NCBI GenBank assembly: GCA_041581405.1
Contig: JBFIDI010000001.1
Location: forward strand, 1-41,862
Reading direction: 5' to 3'
DNA: 41,862 bases
DNA from: Burkholderiaceae bacterium
Lineage (GTDB): Bacteria; Pseudomonadota; Gammaproteobacteria; Burkholderiales; Burkholderiaceae_C
The notes beneath the pieces were generated by a model. It made no database searches and was not told the DNA's origin. It saw nothing but the letters and a program-made list of their open reading frames with translations. Below are positions 36,744 to 41,862 of the stretch, piece by piece. Position 1 is the first letter of the stretch. Every line of letters begins with the position of its first letter. Made by a program: the position numbers and the translations under genes.

Positions 36744-37208
36744 ATGACACAGCGTGATCAAACCGACGACGCCGATTTCGCAAGCACGGTCGAGACCGTG
36801 GTACAGGCCGGCATGGCTGACCCGGTGTTTCGCCGGGCCTGGTTGCTGGCGCATCGCCATGGGCTCGATGTCGCCACAACCCTGCATTGGGTCCATACGT
36901 TTGTCACTGCGCCGACCGGTATCCGGTGGGACCGTCTGTCCCACCCACCGGTCGAGCGTTGCCATGCGATCGCAGCATGCGCGCGCCGGGTGGCAGGGGC
37001 TTTGGTGCAGGCACCGCAGGATGCCGCTGTGTGGCGAGACGAACTGGCCGCGCTGCAGGACGGCGAGACGCTGATGGTCTACGCTGCGCTGCGCGAAATT
37101 CTTCCCTGCAGTTTCGACGAGGTGGTTGCGACCTTGGGCGATGCCGCGACCGCCAGCCGCCTGATGGCCTTTGCGGATGCGGTTGATCTGGACCTGACCG
37201 TAGGGTGA
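36744..37208 (+). CDS. Hypothetical protein, last gene of the cluster
   Basis: GGAGG RBS, 154 aa, protein-like composition; no recognised motif. Confidence 0.6.
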   Translation: MTQRDQTDDADFASTVETVVQAGMADPVFRRAWLLAHRHGLDVATTLHWVHTFVTAPTGIRWDRLSHPPVERCHAIAACARRVAGALVQAPQDAAVWRDELAALQDGETLMVYAALREILPCSFDEVVATLGDAATASRLMAFADAVDLDLTVG

Positions 37209-37213
37209 GCGCT

Positions 37214-37286
37214 GCGATGGCAGCATCGCGGGGGGCGCGTTTCCCTGGATCTTCCGCGCGCTGGCACCACCGTGGTGCCGCGCGCG
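37214..37286. terminator. GC-rich hairpins between convergent genes, possible terminator or REP
   Basis: GCGATG-GCAG-CATCGC and GGCACCAC-C-GTGGTGCC; no clear U-tract. Confidence 0.3.
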
Positions 37287-37299
37287 TCAGGCCGCCCCG

Positions 37300-40242
<2,943 letters not shown>

Positions 40243-40328
40243 GAAGATCTCACTCGTGGGGCGGCGAAGGGGCGGATGCGTCGGTGCGCGGGCCTGTCAT
40301 GCCCGCGCGGCTGTTCGTGGTCCGGGGC

Positions 40329-40703
40329 TCAGGCGTTGGCCGAGAAGCTGCCGTAGGCGGTCTCGTCCATCAGCGCGTCGAGTTGCGACGCGTCGGACAG
40401 CTTGAGCTTGAAGAACCAGCCCGCGCCCAGCGGGTCGGAATTGGCCAGCGACGGGTCGGCGCGCAGCGCCTCGTTGACCTCGGTGATCTCGCCGCTGATC
40501 GGCATGTAGACGTCGGCGGCGGCCTTGACCGATTCGACGACGCCGGCGATTTCCTTGGCATCGAGCTGCTTGCCCACTTCGGGCAGGTCGACGAACACCA
40601 CGTCGCCCAGCGCGTCCTGCGCATGTTGCGTGATGCCGACGGTGGCCTGATCGCCATCGACGGCAAGCCATTCGTGGTCTTCGGTGAACTTCATCGTTGC
40701 CAT
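40329..40703 (-). CDS. gcvH: Glycine cleavage H protein
   Basis: FTEDHEW, VGIT..AQ..LGD, VESVKAA (lipoyl Lys). Confidence 0.97.
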   Translation of the reverse strand: MATMKFTEDHEWLAVDGDQATVGITQHAQDALGDVVFVDLPEVGKQLDAKEIAGVVESVKAAADVYMPISGEITEVNEALRADPSLANSDPLGAGWFFKLKLSDASQLDALMDETAYGSFSANA

Positions 40704-40770
40704 GGGTTTCTCCAGAAAAGTGTGGTTCGGGTTGGGTGGATGGATGGATGGCGTGGACGTGCGCGGCGGC

Positions 40771-41862
40771 TCAGCCGCGGTGGTACCGGTTGGGGACGAA
40801 CGGCATGCCGACGACTTCCATCGGCACCGGCTTGCCCCGCACCAGGGCCTGCAGCCGGGTGCCGGGCACGGCGTGGTCGCTGCGCACGTAGGCCATGGCA
40901 ATCGGTTCATTGATGCTCGGGCCGAGCAGTCCGCTGGTGACTTCACCGACCGGATTGCCGGAGGTGTCCTGCACCAGCGTGTGTTCGCGCACGGGAATCC
41001 GCTCCAGCGCCTTGAGGCCGACGCGCCGGCGCCCCGGCGCGGTGTCGCCGCCGGCCAGTTGTGCCAGCACCACGTCGGCGCCGGGAAAACCGCCGGCGCG
41101 TGCACCGCCGGTGCGGCGCACCTTCTGGATCGCCCAGTTCAGGCCGGCCTCGACCGGCGTGGTGGTGGTGTCCAGGTCGTTGCCGTACAGGCACAGGCCG
41201 GCTTCCAGGCGCAGCGAATTGCGCGCACCCAGGCCGACCGGCTTGACCTCTGGCTGGGCCAGCAGCAGCCGCGCCAGTGCATCGGCGTGTCGTTCGTGGA
41301 CCGAGATCTCGAAGCCGTCTTCGCCGGTATAACCGCTGCGGGTCACGAACACGTCGATCGGCCCGCCACCGGCCGCGACACTGAATTGGCCACCGGTCAT
41401 GAACGTGAGTTTGTCGACACCGGGCGCCAGGCGCTGCAGCGCGTCGACGGCCTGCGGGCCTTGCAGGGCCAGCAAGGCCAGCTCGGGGCAGGGGACCATG
41501 GTGCAGCGTTGGCCGATACGGGCCTGGATGTGCGCGATGTCCGCGTCCTTGCAGGCGCCGTTGACGATGACGAACAGGTCGCCGTCATGCTGGTAGTCGC
41601 GGTTCACGAACATCAGGTCGTCGAGGATGCCGCCAGCCTCGTTGAGCAGCAGGCCATACCGCTGCTTGCTCACCGGCAGGTCGATGACGTCCACCGGCAT
41701 CAGGGTTTCGAATGCGGCCGCGGCGTAAGGCCCGACCAGGCGCAGCTGTCCCATGTGCGAGACGTCGAACAATCCGGCAGCGTTGCGGGTGTGGTGATGT
41801 TCGGCCATCAGGCCGGCCGGGTACTGGACCGGCATGTGGTAGCCGGCGAACGGCACCATGCG
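40771..41862 (-). CDS. gcvT: Glycine cleavage aminomethyltransferase T (start lies beyond the window)
   Basis: [40 protein letters not shown]. Confidence 0.97.
   Translation of the reverse strand, partial: RMVPFAGYHMPVQYPAGLMAEHHHTRNAAGLFDVSHMGQLRLVGPYAAAAFETLMPVDVIDLPVSKQRYGLLLNEAGGILDDLMFVNRDYQHDGDLFVIVNGACKDADIAHIQARIGQRCTMVPCPELALLALQGPQAVDALQRLAPGVDKLTFMTGGQFSVAAGGGPIDVFVTRSGYTGEDGFEISVHERHADALARLLLAQPEVKPVGLGARNSLRLEAGLCLYGNDLDTTTTPVEAGLNWAIQKVRRTGGARAGGFPGADVVLAQLAGGDTAPGRRRVGLKALERIPVREHTLVQDTSGNPVGEVTSGLLGPSINEPIAMAYVRSDHAVPGTRLQALVRGKPVPMEVVGMPFVPNRYHRG

Noticed and set aside
36541-36747. 68-aa ORF overlapping both neighbours by 4 bp
   Set aside because: The coupling is suggestive, but the sequence is Arg-rich with no motif or RBS, so it cannot be supported.
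40737-40751. (TGGA)n microrepeat between gcvT and gcvH
   Set aside because: Under four units, with no evident function.

Overview
GC-rich betaproteobacterial-looking (Burkholderiales-like, inferred) window in three parts. (1) 1-12.5 kb holds housekeeping and catabolic genes: a partial 7TM-DISM sensor, a DapA-like aldolase, arfB, a DUF3095-like gene, a tightly coupled ABC-uptake/catabolic operon interrupted by a 254-bp palindromic element, a GST and a CopD-like membrane protein. (2) About 12.5-37.2 kb is an unusual NRPS gene cluster. It encodes an ornithine/lysine cyclodeaminase, a PPTase, an A-less C-T-TE protein with a Cys-nucleophile thioesterase, a HupE/UreJ protein and a PltE/F/L-like starter cassette. 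It also encodes an Asn-type module whose A domain carries an SGGKDS (AlbIV/CysH-like) insertion, and a His-type module whose A domain is split over two genes with a GAMT-like methyltransferase gene at the split point. It ends with a frameshifted flippase, an HTTM-like protein and a DCC1-like protein. (3) 37.3-41.9 kb is gcvT-gcvH-gcvP on the minus strand. The NRPS cluster is the main candidate for an undescribed system. All domain calls and substrate codes were read by eye; no database search was run.
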